Assembly (NCBI GenBank): GCA_017501645.1
Contig: JAFVWN010000062.1
Span: forward strand, 2,980-66,979
Source: Clostridia bacterium
Lineage (GTDB): Bacteria > Bacillota > Clostridia > Christensenellales > UBA1242
Direction of reading: 5' to 3'
DNA length: 64,000 nucleotides
Under the pieces are notes generated by a model that saw only the letters and a program-made list of their open reading frames with translations, was not told the DNA's origin and ran no database searches. The position numbers and the translations under genes are program-made. Within the stretch, counting starts at the first letter, position 1; each line of letters begins with the position of its first letter. This document shows positions 1-8,766 of this stretch, one piece after another.

Positions 1-241
1 AAGACCTCTGGGCTGCCAAATGTATCATTGTTGGTTGGTAGATGTTAAATTTAGTGTATTTTGTGCTCCTGTAGCTCAGTTGGCTTGGCGCGTGAAGCAA
101 ACAGTCCGGTGGACTGTTTGTAGTAGCCAAGGGGCTTTGAACTGTGTTCATTGCCCGGGAAGACCTCTGGGCTGCCAAATGTATCATTGTTGGTTGGTGG
201 ATGTTAAATTTAGTGTATTTTGTGCTCCTGTAGCTCAGTTG
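1..241 (+). repeat. Tandem direct repeat with 159-bp period (copy 1 = 1-82, copy 2 = 160-241, 1 mismatch). Each copy is an upstream spacer plus the first 19 nt of tRNA-Thr.
   Basis: AAGACCTCTGGGCTGCC...GCTCCTGTAGCTCAGTTGG is read twice. Copy 1 starts at the window edge, so more copies may lie upstream. Confidence 0.9.
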
Positions 242-299
242 GCAGAGCAACTGATTCGTAATCAGTAGGTCAGCGGTTCGAACCCGCTCAGGAGCTCCA
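224..299 (+). tRNA. tRNA-Thr (anticodon CGU), CCA encoded
   Basis: Acceptor stem GCTCCTG/CAGGAGC, anticodon loop TTCGTAA, T-loop GGTTCGAACCC, terminal TCCA. Confidence 0.9.
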
Positions 300-314
300 A
301 AAAGTTTTGAGGGT

Positions 315-869
315 ATGACTATGAAAGATAAAGAAGTTGAGTTGAAATTTGTTATTAATGAAGAAATAAAGAAAAATGTTATTGACGAGTTAAAAGATGC
401 AAAATATCTTGGAGAAACGCATCAAATTGACACATACTATATTCCAGATTTTAGAGACTTTGAAAAAAATGGTGAAACTATGGAATGTGTTCGTATTCGT
501 GAAGATGAAAAAGGTATAGTTTTGTGTTACAAAAAGATACACAGAGATGCCAATCCTGTTTATTGTGATGAGTACGAAACCAAAATTGATGATAAGAAAG
601 AAATGGAAAATATTTTCTTCGCTCTTGGGTTCTCTGTTCAAATGGTGATTGACAAGACAAGAAACTCATATCTTCTTGGAGAGTTAAGGTTTGACTTTGA
701 CTCAGTTAAAGACTTGGGTGAACTTATGGAAGTTGAACTCAAAGGTGAAAATTCATCTGTTGAAGAAATATATTCTTTTGTGGAAAAGTTTGGTTTAACA
801 GAAAAAGATGTTACATATGATGGTATTCAAAAGCAAATGAAAGAAGCAATGAGGAGGAAAGGTCTATGA
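315..869 (+). CDS. CYTH-domain protein (CyaB-like class IV adenylate cyclase / triphosphatase family)
   Basis: N-terminal EVELKF (ExExK) signature, later EVELKGE, length about 180 aa. ATG 321 is an alternative start with better spacing from GAGGG. Confidence 0.75.
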   Translation: MTMKDKEVELKFVINEEIKKNVIDELKDAKYLGETHQIDTYYIPDFRDFEKNGETMECVRIREDEKGIVLCYKKIHRDANPVYCDEYETKIDDKKEMENIFFALGFSVQMVIDKTRNSYLLGELRFDFDSVKDLGELMEVELKGENSSVEEIYSFVEKFGLTEKDVTYDGIQKQMKEAMRRKGL

Positions 870-1186
870 TGCAAAATAAAGTAAGAAAGTTTAATAAAGA
901 GAGGAACTATAATTTAGACCCAATGCCAGTTGCTGCAAGAATATTAGATATTCAAAGTGAAATGGGGGAGCTAGCAAAAGAATGTCTTAAGACATCAAAT
1001 TATGGTGCTGATGATTTTTATGTTACCACAGATTTTGAACTTGAATTTGGAGATGTTTTATACTCGTTGTTGTCTTTAGCGGAAGAAGTTAATGTTTCTG
1101 CAGAAAAGTGTTTAGACAAGGCTTTGTATAAGTATAAAAAGAGATTGGCTATGCAAAAAACAATGGGAAGCGAGGCGGATTTTTAA
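866..1186 (+). CDS. Small MazG-like nucleotide pyrophosphohydrolase
   Basis: All-helical ~100-aa protein with E-x-x-E-style motifs (SEMGELAKE, ELEFGDVLYSLLSLAE). ATGA overlap with the CYTH gene. Confidence 0.65.
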   Translation: MMQNKVRKFNKERNYNLDPMPVAARILDIQSEMGELAKECLKTSNYGADDFYVTTDFELEFGDVLYSLLSLAEEVNVSAEKCLDKALYKYKKRLAMQKTMGSEADF

Positions 1187-1302
1187 AAAAATAGTTATTA
1201 TAACCAAACAATTTATATTATTTGTGAAAAATGTTTGACATAAAATAACAAAAAATATTATTATTAATATAATATAAAAAATCTTTATAGGAGGATAGGG
1301 TT

Positions 1303-1629
1303 GTGAGTGAGAATAAGAATGAAAACAGTATGAAAGGTTTATTGGATGTTTTAGGTGGCATTTGTGCGTTTTTAACAGTTGCTGTTTACGCAGTGCTTCT
1401 AATTCACGCCAACTGGGCTTTCTTACCTGATTCAATATATAATATTTTGGTTGTATGTAAAGTTTGGGCACCATTAATCGTTGTGGTTATCACAGGTCTA
1501 GAATTTACAAGAGGAAAATCTTTGGTTTTCAAAATTATTTTCTATGCTTTGGTAGCTGCTGTTGTTGTATCAATGTTCTTCCCAGATACTTGGGCTCAGT
1601 TCGTTGGTTTAATCAATAAAAATGTATAA
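1303..1629 (+). CDS. Small integral membrane protein (3 predicted TM helices), function unknown
   Basis: GTG start 7 nt after AGGAGGA; hydrophobic segments. Confidence 0.6.
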   Translation: MSENKNENSMKGLLDVLGGICAFLTVAVYAVLLIHANWAFLPDSIYNILVVCKVWAPLIVVVITGLEFTRGKSLVFKIIFYALVAAVVVSMFFPDTWAQFVGLINKNV

Positions 1630-1637
1630 TAAGAAAA

Positions 1638-1666
1638 AATATTCCTTTTTTAAGGAATATTTTTTT
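1638..1666. terminator. Bidirectional rho-independent terminator between convergent genes
   Basis: AATATTCCTT / AAGGAATATT perfect stem, A-run before and T-run after. Confidence 0.8.
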
Positions 1667-1668
1667 GC

Positions 1669-2319
1669 CTACATATTAAGCATAGCTATACCAATGTTTA
1701 AATATAATGCGTATATGAGCCACATTGTATAAACTGTAAACATAATACCGGAATATAGATTTGCTCTATAGTATCTGTAAGTTACAACAATGGCTGTTGC
1801 AACTGTAAACAAGAGCCAGATTGCAGAAAAGATTGCAAGGTTTAATCTAAAATAAAATAGTGGCCACATAAAGTTGAAGAAGAGGTGAATGGCATACCAA
1901 ATAATATCATCTCTTCTTTTTTTATTTTCTTCAACACTCTTGAATGCCATATATGAGGCAACACCTATTGTAATATATAGAATTGACCAAGCGATAGTGA
2001 AAACAATGTCTGGTGGATAAGCAGGCGGTTTAGTAAGCCCGTCTCTCATTTTTCCGCCAAGAAGAGTTGCTATTATACCAACAATTATAGTTCCTGCAAT
2101 AAAAATAAGTATATACTTAATTTTGTGTCTTTTTGCATCTCTTGAGTTTGGCAATTTTTCAGCTGTTGTAAGATTGTTTTTTTGTTCAGGTTTGTTGTTT
2201 TTTTCAACTTGTTTAGAATTGTTTGTTTCTAAATCTTTTTCTGTGCTGTTTGTTTGATTTTTGTTTTTGTCATTTGTTGCTTTTTCGTGTCTCACTGAAT
2301 TGTTTTTACTTTCATTCAT
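1669..2319 (-). CDS. TspO/MBR (tryptophan-rich sensory protein) family membrane protein with an N/K/E-rich N-terminal extension
   Basis: C-terminal 150 aa has 5 TM helices with W/Y-rich TspO-like motifs (FTIAWSILY, FNFMWPLFYF, YTMWLIYALYLN). Confidence 0.7.
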   Translation of the reverse strand: MNESKNNSVRHEKATNDKNKNQTNSTEKDLETNNSKQVEKNNKPEQKNNLTTAEKLPNSRDAKRHKIKYILIFIAGTIIVGIIATLLGGKMRDGLTKPPAYPPDIVFTIAWSILYITIGVASYMAFKSVEENKKRRDDIIWYAIHLFFNFMWPLFYFRLNLAIFSAIWLLFTVATAIVVTYRYYRANLYSGIMFTVYTMWLIYALYLNIGIAMLNM

Positions 2320-2498
2320 ATAATAACCTCAACTATTATTTTCATTAATTATGAACGAAAGGTGATTGATTTATACATTGAAAAAAATATAGAAGTATTA
2401 ATTTTTTTTATTGATTTACATATGTTTTTTGTTTATTTAAAAGTATAGCAAGATAGTAACAAAGTGTAAATTTTGAAAAAATATAAAAATAAGAAAAA

Positions 2499-2524
2499 AG
2501 CATAAAATATTGAGATTTTATGCT
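2499..2524 (-). terminator. Hairpin terminator downstream of gpsA
   Basis: AGCATAAAAT / ATTTTATGCT stem flanked by A/T runs. Confidence 0.55.
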
Positions 2525-2568
2525 TTTATATATGTTTTTTAATTATTTTTATAGGGATTTTGCGTTTT

Positions 2569-3537
2569 TTAATAATAAAACTCTTCTTTTTGAGGTCTTG
2601 CAAATAAATCCATAAGGGCATTTTTAGTATCTTTTTTATGAGAGATAATTTCGCTTACTGTTTTTGTAATAGGTAAGTCGACATTATATTTTTCTGCAAG
2701 TTTCAAAAGTGCATTTGAAGTTTGAACACCTTCTGCAAGTTTGTCAAAATATTCACCTTTAACAAATAGCTCCCCAAACTTTCTGTTATGAGAGTGTAAG
2801 GAGAATAGAGTTGCTTCATAGTCTCCAAGATGACATAGTCCATAAGCAGAAAGTTCATTTCCGCCAGCAGAGTGAATGAGTCTTGCAATTTCACGAGTGC
2901 CTCTTGCCATTAGAGCGCCTTTGAGAGAAGATAGGTCAGCTCCGTCAAGCATACCTGCAGCAATTCCCATAACATTTTTAGCAGCAGCTCCAATTTCTGT
3001 ACCAATCATATCGTTACCTTGATAATATCTTATTAGGTCACTCTTTAAATCGTCAATCAGTGTTTTAGAAAGTTCTTTGTTATAAGAGTCGATAATCATT
3101 AGACTAGGAACGCCTCTTGTAAATTCTTGAATATGACCAGGTCCAACCCAAGTTGCAATATTATTTTTGTCAATTCCTGCATCTTCAATAACTTGAGAAA
3201 GTCTGTTTCCAGTGGTTTCCTCAATTCCTTTCATACAAATGATATAGTTCTTTTTGTTAAAACCGTCTATGTTTTTTACGCTTGTCATTAGAGAGCGTAG
3301 GTTTTGAGAACTAATTGAAATTATAATGTTTTGATTTTTGTTAAGAGCGTAGTTTAGGTCTGTAGTAAGTTCAATGCTTTCAGGGAATGTGACATAATTG
3401 TTTTTCCTAGTTGCGAAAAAGTTTGTGACATATGGGTCTGTGTCGAGTCCCCAGGTTGTAACTTTGTGTCCATTTCTGTCAAGATACCAAGCAATGAAAC
3501 TACCCCAACGCCCGCATCCAAGTATTGTATAATTCAT
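2569..3537 (-). CDS. gpsA: NAD(P)H-dependent glycerol-3-phosphate dehydrogenase
   Basis: N-terminal Rossmann motif ILGCGRWGS, internal GpsA-like blocks (TNRLSQVIE, KNVMGIAAGMLDG, TRGxREIARL). Confidence 0.8.
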   Translation of the reverse strand: MNYTILGCGRWGSFIAWYLDRNGHKVTTWGLDTDPYVTNFFATRKNNYVTFPESIELTTDLNYALNKNQNIIISISSQNLRSLMTSVKNIDGFNKKNYIICMKGIEETTGNRLSQVIEDAGIDKNNIATWVGPGHIQEFTRGVPSLMIIDSYNKELSKTLIDDLKSDLIRYYQGNDMIGTEIGAAAKNVMGIAAGMLDGADLSSLKGALMARGTREIARLIHSAGGNELSAYGLCHLGDYEATLFSLHSHNRKFGELFVKGEYFDKLAEGVQTSNALLKLAEKYNVDLPITKTVSEIISHKKDTKNALMDLFARPQKEEFYY

Positions 3538-3615
3538 AATTTACCTCCATTTGTTCTATAGTAACACATTTTTTGATTATTGCAAACGGTTTTTAGTGCT
3601 TTTTTTAAGTTTGGT

Positions 3616-3644
3616 TGACATATCCAACTAAATATAGTATATTT
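3616..3644 (+). promoter_or_regulatory. Sigma-A type promoter TTGACA-17-TATATT for the ABC-F gene
   Basis: Perfect -35 with 17-nt spacer, about 30 nt upstream of the RBS AGGAG. Confidence 0.6.
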
Positions 3645-3674
3645 ACAGGGTAATAAATTTTTAGGAGTTGTAAA

Positions 3675-5243
3675 ATGATTTTAGTAAATAATGTAAGGCT
3701 TCAATTTGGTGGAAGAGTTTTGTTTGATGAAGTTAACTTAAAGTTTACAAAAGGTAACTGTTATGGAATTATTGGTGCAAATGGTGCAGGAAAGTCAACC
3801 TTTCTAAAACTACTTTCTGGCGTTATTGAACCAAGTTCAGGTGAAGTGTTAATTGAAAAGGGTGAGAGAATGAGTGTTCTTTCTCAAAACCAAAATGAGT
3901 TTGATGATTATACAGTTCTTGATACTGTTATTCAAGGTCACTCAAAACTTATTGCTATTATGAAGGAAAGAGAGCAACTTTACGCAAAAGACCCGTTCAC
4001 TGATGAAGATGGTCTTCGTGCTGCGGAACTTGAAAACGAGTTTATGGAAATGAATGGTTGGGAAGCAGAGGGTGAGGCTCAAACACTTCTTCAAGAGTTA
4101 GGCATTTCTCCTGATTTCTTCGGTGTTTATATGAGAGATATGGAACCAAAAGCAAAAGTTAAGGTTCTTCTTGCTAAAGCTTTATTTATGAATCCTGATA
4201 TTTTAATTCTTGACGAGCCGACAAACAACCTTGATGTTAAGACTGTTAACTGGCTTGAGAATTTCCTTATTAACTATGAAAACACTGTAATTGTTGTTTC
4301 ACACAACAGATATTTCTTAAACAGAATTTGTACTCATATTTGTGATGTAGACTTTGGAAAAATCAATATGTATCTTGGAAACTATGATTTCTGGTATGAA
4401 ACATCTCAACTTCTTGCAAGACAAGCTAAGGAGCAAAATAAAAAGGCGGAGCAAAGAGCTAAGGAACTTCAAGATTTCATTGCAAGATTCTCTGCAAACG
4501 CTTCTAAGAGTAAGCAAGCAACAAGCAGAAAGAAAGAGCTTGAAAGACTTACTTTTGTTGACATTAAACCATCTTCAAGAAAGTATCCATATATTGACTT
4601 TAAACCAGCAAGAGAAGTTGGTAATGAGGTTTTGAAAGTTGAAAATCTTACTAAGCACGGTTATTTTGAAAATGTTAGCTTTACTGTTAATAAAAATGAC
4701 AAGATTGCATTCCTTTGTGATAAAGCAAATGTTATAACAATGCTCTTTAAAATTCTTGTTGGTGAAGAAGATGCTGACGGAGGTATGATTAGATGGGGTA
4801 ATACAACATCTGTTTCATATCTTCCTGAGAATAATGATGAATATTTTGCTGGTTGTGATTTGAGCTTGGTTGATTGGCTTGCTCAATATTCAACAGAAAA
4901 AGATGAAACCTTTGTAAGAAGCTGGCTTGGAAGAATGCTTTTCACTGGTGAAGAAGGCAAGAAGAAAGCAAAAGTTTTAAGCGGTGGTGAAAAGGTTAGA
5001 TGTATGCTTGCAAGAGCTATGCTCAAAGCTGGCAATGTTCTTATTTTAGATGAGCCTACAAACCATTTGGATTTGGAAAGTATCACAGCTCTTAACAAGG
5101 GTATGATTAACTACAAATCTCCAATGTTGTTTACATCTCAAGACCACGAGATTTTGCAAACTGTTGCAAACAGAATTATTGTTATTGAAAACACTAAGGT
5201 TTACGATAAAGAAACAACTTATGATGATTATTTAGGAATATAG
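3675..5243 (+). CDS. ABC-F family ATPase (two ABC cassettes, no TM domain; YbiT/EttA-like translation factor class)
   Basis: Two Walker A motifs (GANGAGKST and a degenerate second), two LSGGE signatures, charged inter-domain linker. Confidence 0.85.
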   Translation: MILVNNVRLQFGGRVLFDEVNLKFTKGNCYGIIGANGAGKSTFLKLLSGVIEPSSGEVLIEKGERMSVLSQNQNEFDDYTVLDTVIQGHSKLIAIMKEREQLYAKDPFTDEDGLRAAELENEFMEMNGWEAEGEAQTLLQELGISPDFFGVYMRDMEPKAKVKVLLAKALFMNPDILILDEPTNNLDVKTVNWLENFLINYENTVIVVSHNRYFLNRICTHICDVDFGKINMYLGNYDFWYETSQLLARQAKEQNKKAEQRAKELQDFIARFSANASKSKQATSRKKELERLTFVDIKPSSRKYPYIDFKPAREVGNEVLKVENLTKHGYFENVSFTVNKNDKIAFLCDKANVITMLFKILVGEEDADGGMIRWGNTTSVSYLPENNDEYFAGCDLSLVDWLAQYSTEKDETFVRSWLGRMLFTGEEGKKKAKVLSGGEKVRCMLARAMLKAGNVLILDEPTNHLDLESITALNKGMINYKSPMLFTSQDHEILQTVANRIIVIENTKVYDKETTYDDYLGI

Positions 5244-5269
5244 GGAAAATTTTTCCCTATATTTTTTTA
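5239..5269 (+). terminator. Rho-independent terminator
   Basis: ATAGGGAAAA/TTTTCCCTAT stem followed by T7. Confidence 0.8.
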
Positions 5270-5312
5270 TTTGCTTGACATTATTGCTTTAAAAGTGCGA
5301 TATATTATATAT

Positions 5313-5987
5313 ATGAATAGAAATGTATTGAAAATTATTGCAGTTGTTACTATGCTTGTCGACCATATTGGCTGGCAGTTTTTCCCAGACATAATTTGGT
5401 TTAGAGTTGTTGGAAGAATTGCTTTTCCAATCTTTGCATTTTTTATTGCTCAGGGAATGTTTTATACTAGAAGCAGAAAGAAATATATTCTTAATATGCT
5501 AGGGATTGGCGTTATTTCTCAAATACCATATATGTTTTTGTCTTACAGAATGTATAACTTAAATATTATGTTTACATTTATTTTAGCGTCTTTGGTTATT
5601 GTGTTGATAGAGGAACTTAATAAAAAGCCAAATGTTTGGTATTCAATACTTTTAGGTGTTATATTTGTTGTAAGTGTAATTCTTAGTGCTTTTGGCATAC
5701 TCAATTATGGCTTCCTTGGAATGATTTTGGTGTTGTGCTTCTATTTTATAAAAAGCAAAGGCTGGTCTTTTGCTGTTGCGGGCTTATTGCTAGTGTTGAT
5801 AACATTAAAAGACTGTTTGAAGAACGGTTTCTCGTTCAATAATGCCGTTCAAATTTTTAGCTTGCTTTCACTTGTGATTTTGTTGTTCTATAATGGAGGA
5901 AAGGGTAAGGCAAATTTGAAGTATATGTTCTATATCTTCTACCCAGCACATCTTGCTGTTATATTGATAATAACACTATTTATATAA
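5313..5987 (+). CDS. TraX-family integral membrane protein
   Basis: N-terminal LKIIAVVTMLVDHIG motif typical of TraX. Polytopic. ATG 5313 is preferred over the TTG at 5271 in the ORF track. Confidence 0.7.
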   Translation: MNRNVLKIIAVVTMLVDHIGWQFFPDIIWFRVVGRIAFPIFAFFIAQGMFYTRSRKKYILNMLGIGVISQIPYMFLSYRMYNLNIMFTFILASLVIVLIEELNKKPNVWYSILLGVIFVVSVILSAFGILNYGFLGMILVLCFYFIKSKGWSFAVAGLLLVLITLKDCLKNGFSFNNAVQIFSLLSLVILLFYNGGKGKANLKYMFYIFYPAHLAVILIITLFI

Positions 5988-6393
5988 ACGATTAAAAAGG
6001 ACAGAGTTGATACTCTGTTCTTTTTTTGTTTAATAAAAACCGTTTTTAAAAAAACAAAAGCAGGAGATAGGTATTATTTTATAGAATAAGAAGTGTGTGG
6101 GAGATAGGATAATATATTTAATACTGGGGAATAATAAGGCAGTTGTTATTCTTTTGTATCAATTTGTTTAAGGTTGTATTTTGATATAAGGATTGTTGCT
6201 TAGAGATTGCAAATTCTTTTTTATTAAAATTTTTTAAAGGGTTGATTTTTTTTGAAATTTGTGTATAATATAATTTGTTGTCTAGCAGGGGAGATACCTG
6301 AAGGAGTATAAAAGGGTAAAAATATAAGGGTTTGATTATACAAAAAACCTTTTTCAATAAAATAAAATTTTTTGATAATTTTTTATTTTTTTG

Positions 6394-6422
6394 TTGACAT
6401 TACTTCTTATATGGTGTATATT
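6394..6422 (+). promoter_or_regulatory. Candidate promoter TTGACA-17-TATATT driving the six-tRNA cluster
   Basis: Perfect -35, 17-nt spacer, 29 nt upstream of the first tRNA. Confidence 0.55.
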
Positions 6423-6450
6423 TATCTAGTCAGCTCACAGAAAAGGTTGT

Positions 6451-6527
6451 CGGGGTGTAGCGCAGTTTGGTAGCGCACGTGGTTTGGGTCCATGGGGCCG
6501 GGAGTTCGAGTCTCTCCACCCCGACCA
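6451..6527 (+). tRNA. tRNA-Pro (UGG)
   Basis: Cloverleaf readable; anticodon loop TTTGGGT; GGTTCGAGTC T-loop; ACCA end. Confidence 0.9.
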
Positions 6528-6556
6528 TATAAATTATGTGACTCCACAAAAGGTAA

Positions 6557-6633
6557 GGGCCTTTAGCTCAGTTGGTTAGAGCAACCGGCTCATAACCGGT
6601 CGGTCCTTGGTTCAAGTCCAAGAAGGCCCACCA
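6557..6633 (+). tRNA. tRNA with CAU anticodon, probably tRNA-Ile2 (lysidine) rather than elongator Met
   Basis: Anticodon loop CTCATAA. Not an initiator (G1-C72 pair, no GGG/CCC anticodon stem). The body resembles Ile tRNAs as I recall them. Confidence 0.8.
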
Positions 6634-6664
6634 ACAATTTATAAAGAATAACCAAAGAAAACTT

Positions 6665-6741
6665 GGCTCGGTAGTTCAGCTGGTTAGAACGCTAGCCTGT
6701 CACGCTAGAGGTCGAGGGTTCGAGTCCCTTCCGAGTCGCCA
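6665..6741 (+). tRNA. tRNA-Asp (GUC)
   Basis: Anticodon stem CTAGC/GCTAG, loop CTGTCAC. Confidence 0.9.
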
Positions 6742-6763
6742 CTTTCTTTATAAATTGCCTTAT

Positions 6764-6839
6764 GCCTCGGTAGCTCAGTCGGTAGAGCAAGGGACTGAAA
6801 ATCCCTGTGTCGGCGGTTCGATTCCGCCCTGAGGCACCA
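6764..6839 (+). tRNA. tRNA-Phe (GAA)
   Basis: Anticodon loop CTGAAAA; canonical D and T arms. Confidence 0.9.
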
Positions 6840-6850
6840 AACAATTTCAT

Positions 6851-6925
6851 GCTGGTGTGGCTCAATGGTAGAGCATCTGACTTGTAATCAGACGGTTGTT
6901 GGTTCGATTCCGACCACCAGCTCCA
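6851..6925 (+). tRNA. tRNA-Thr (UGU)
   Basis: Acceptor GCTGGTG/CACCAGC, anticodon loop CTTGTAA. Confidence 0.9.
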
Positions 6926-6965
6926 CAACAAAAGCCAATTGGAAACAATTGGCTTTAAATAATAT

Positions 6966-7050
6966 GGGTAGTTTGCAGAGCGGCCAAATGCAGCGGACTG
7001 TAAATCCGCCGACTATGTCTTCGGTGGTTCGAATCCACCACTGCCCACCA
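6966..7050 (+). tRNA. tRNA-Tyr (GUA), long variable arm; integration target of the downstream element
   Basis: Anticodon stem GCGGA/TCCGC, loop CTGTAAA, variable arm GACTATGTCTTCGGT, CCA encoded. Confidence 0.9.
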
Positions 7051-7051
7051 A
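6998..7051 (+). repeat. attL core: 3' 53 nt of tRNA-Tyr plus 1 nt
   Basis: Identical 54-mer CTGTAAATCCGCCGACTATGTCTTCGGTGGTTCGAATCCACCACTGCCCACCAA recurs at 19851-19904. Confidence 0.9.
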
Positions 7052-7145
7052 GTTTTAAAAGTGACTCAATCCTAGAAAATATCTAGCTTTGAGCCACTTT
7101 TCTTTTTGTAAAAATAATTTATTAATTTTACTAAAAATTATGCTT

Positions 7146-7191
7146 TTGGCTAAAATCTGTTGAAAAATTTGGGTCAAAAATTGGGTCAAAA
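7146..7191 (+). repeat. Left-arm repeat TTGGCTAAAA..AAAAATTTGGGTCAAAAATTGGGTCAAAA (candidate integrase arm-type sites)
   Basis: Tandem TTGGGTCAAAA units. The same block recurs at 19745-19780 in the same orientation. Confidence 0.6.
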
Positions 7192-8139
7192 TTCCGGGTA
7201 TAAATTATTATATAATTTTAAGATGTCCTCTTTAGTTATGTTAGGGTCTAATGTCGTGTAAATATCGTTAGTCATAACAATACTTGCGTGTCCCATATAG
7301 TATTGTCTTTCTTTATCAGGAACTCCAAGATAATATAAGTTTGTGCTAAAAGTATGTCTCAAGTCATGAAGTGTCTTACCGTAAATTCCAAGACTGTTTA
7401 TAAAGTTTTTGAAATACCTTGAATAAATATCACTATGAAGTTGGAACATTTCGTCAAAATGTTCGTCAAGAATAGTTTTGAATGCTGGAGATATTTTCAC
7501 ATATCTACGAGCAGAAGCCGTTTTAGTTCCATCAATAAAAATAGTATTGTTCGGTAAAATTTTGACATTTTTAGCCTCTTCTCTGCGACATCCAGTGAGG
7601 AGGTAAAATAAAATCTCATATTTTATAGATGTTTTATCAAGATTATGAATTATTAACTTCTGTTCTTCGAGAGTAAAAGCTTCACCTTTTTTACCTTTAT
7701 TCTTAGGTGCTTGCAAAAATTGACTTATATCTTTTTTTATTAAGTCTTTTTGTAAAGCATATTTGAAAACACCTTTAATGATATGATAAACATATTTTGC
7801 TGTTCTATGCTCTTTGATACTGTTCAAAAAATACTGAAGTTCATCAATTGTAATCTTGTTGATATTTACATGAAATAAGTTTATGTCAAATTTACTGTTT
7901 ATGACTTGGCTGTATCTTATATCTGTTTTGATTTGGTCTTTCTTAAATAAATTATACCATTCAGTTGCTAAAAAATAAAAACTTTTATTTGTTGTTTGAC
8001 CTGCGGTTTTTCCAACAGAAAATTGTTTTATTGCTTTCAACAATTCTTTTTGTGTATTTCTAATAATAGAGTAGGTGGTCTTGTTTTTCATCTTTCGATA
8101 CTCCCATCGACCATCAACTCTTTTTCTTATGTTTTTCAT
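7186..8139 (-). CDS. int: Tyrosine recombinase / phage integrase
   Basis: C-terminal catalytic region with TGCRREE, HDLRHTFST, GHASIVMTNDIYT (R..HxxR..H..Y pattern). Adjacent to the tRNA att site. Confidence 0.9.
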   Translation of the reverse strand: MKNIRKRVDGRWEYRKMKNKTTYSIIRNTQKELLKAIKQFSVGKTAGQTTNKSFYFLATEWYNLFKKDQIKTDIRYSQVINSKFDINLFHVNINKITIDELQYFLNSIKEHRTAKYVYHIIKGVFKYALQKDLIKKDISQFLQAPKNKGKKGEAFTLEEQKLIIHNLDKTSIKYEILFYLLTGCRREEAKNVKILPNNTIFIDGTKTASARRYVKISPAFKTILDEHFDEMFQLHSDIYSRYFKNFINSLGIYGKTLHDLRHTFSTNLYYLGVPDKERQYYMGHASIVMTNDIYTTLDPNITKEDILKLYNNLYPEF

Positions 8140-8276
8140 TTCTTCATCAACTCCTTTATTGGTAGTCTTTGAAGAAACAACTTGAACTTGTGTTTTTATA
8201 ATGTTCTCATCATAATCTGGATTGGTTATTGCGACCGGTTTCCAGTAATCGCTTTTCCCCTGAAAATAAATATCGA

Positions 8277-8308
8277 AGAGTTCGAGCTGTGTTTCGAACT
8301 CTTTTTTT
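8277..8308. terminator. Hairpin plus T7 between the repressor and integrase genes
   Basis: AGAGTTCGA/TCGAACTCT perfect stem. The T-run lies on the + strand, antisense to int. Confidence 0.55.
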
Positions 8309-8348
8309 ATGCTTTTTAAATTATTTAGAAGTTTTTATATATTCCATC

Positions 8349-8699
8349 TTATACTCCAACATTGAATCTGTCGTAGTTTCTTTTTGCTTCCTCTTTTCCG
8401 TCAAGCATGCCTTCTAAGTATGCTTCAGCTTTAAGACATGATAAGTCATCAAACTTAGAAATTATTTTAATTAGATTTTTCTGCGATTGAGTAAGATAAG
8501 CAACATCATTTGTAAACTCTCTACCAACAAGATAATCAAGAGAAACATTGTAATAATCCGCAAGTTTTATTAATGTTTCGATGTTTGGTTCGTTAATTTC
8601 TTTTTCATATCCGTTGTAAGTTGATTCTGCAACATTAAGAATTGAAGCCATTTCTTTTTGTGTCTTTTTTTCGGTTTTTCTTAGTTTTTTCAAATTCAC
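8349..8699 (-). CDS. XRE-family HTH repressor (cI-like)
   Basis: HTH segment TQKEMASILNVAESTYNGYEKE. GTG 8699 sits 9 nt after GGAGG and is preferred over the TTG at 8717 in the ORF track. Confidence 0.8.
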   Translation of the reverse strand: MNLKKLRKTEKKTQKEMASILNVAESTYNGYEKEINEPNIETLIKLADYYNVSLDYLVGREFTNDVAYLTQSQKNLIKIISKFDDLSCLKAEAYLEGMLDGKEEAKRNYDRFNVGV

Positions 8700-8766
8700 T
8701 TTTTTAATCCTCCACAAATAATGTAAATATTTTTTTAAAAAAATTCAAGAAAGTTGTGATTTTTAT

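Noticed and set aside
83-176. Possibility that the structured segment is the 3' part of a 5S rRNA
   Set aside because: There is some resemblance (GUAGU, GGGG..CCC, CUGCCA). However, the loop-E GAGAGUAGG-type strand and the correct helix lengths are missing. I cannot support an rRNA call without a covariance-model search.
20-268. 82-aa ORF in the six-frame track
   Set aside because: It spans the tandem repeat and the tRNA-Thr gene, its apparent internal repeat merely reflects the DNA duplication, and it has no RBS.
6118-6357. 79-aa minus-strand ORF
   Set aside because: It lies in an AT-rich intergenic region, has no RBS, is low-complexity, and overlaps the likely upstream region of the tRNA cluster.
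6692-7086. ORFs 6692-6931 (-) and 6865-7086 (+)
   Set aside because: They lie entirely over tRNA genes and are artefacts of GC-richer tRNA sequence.
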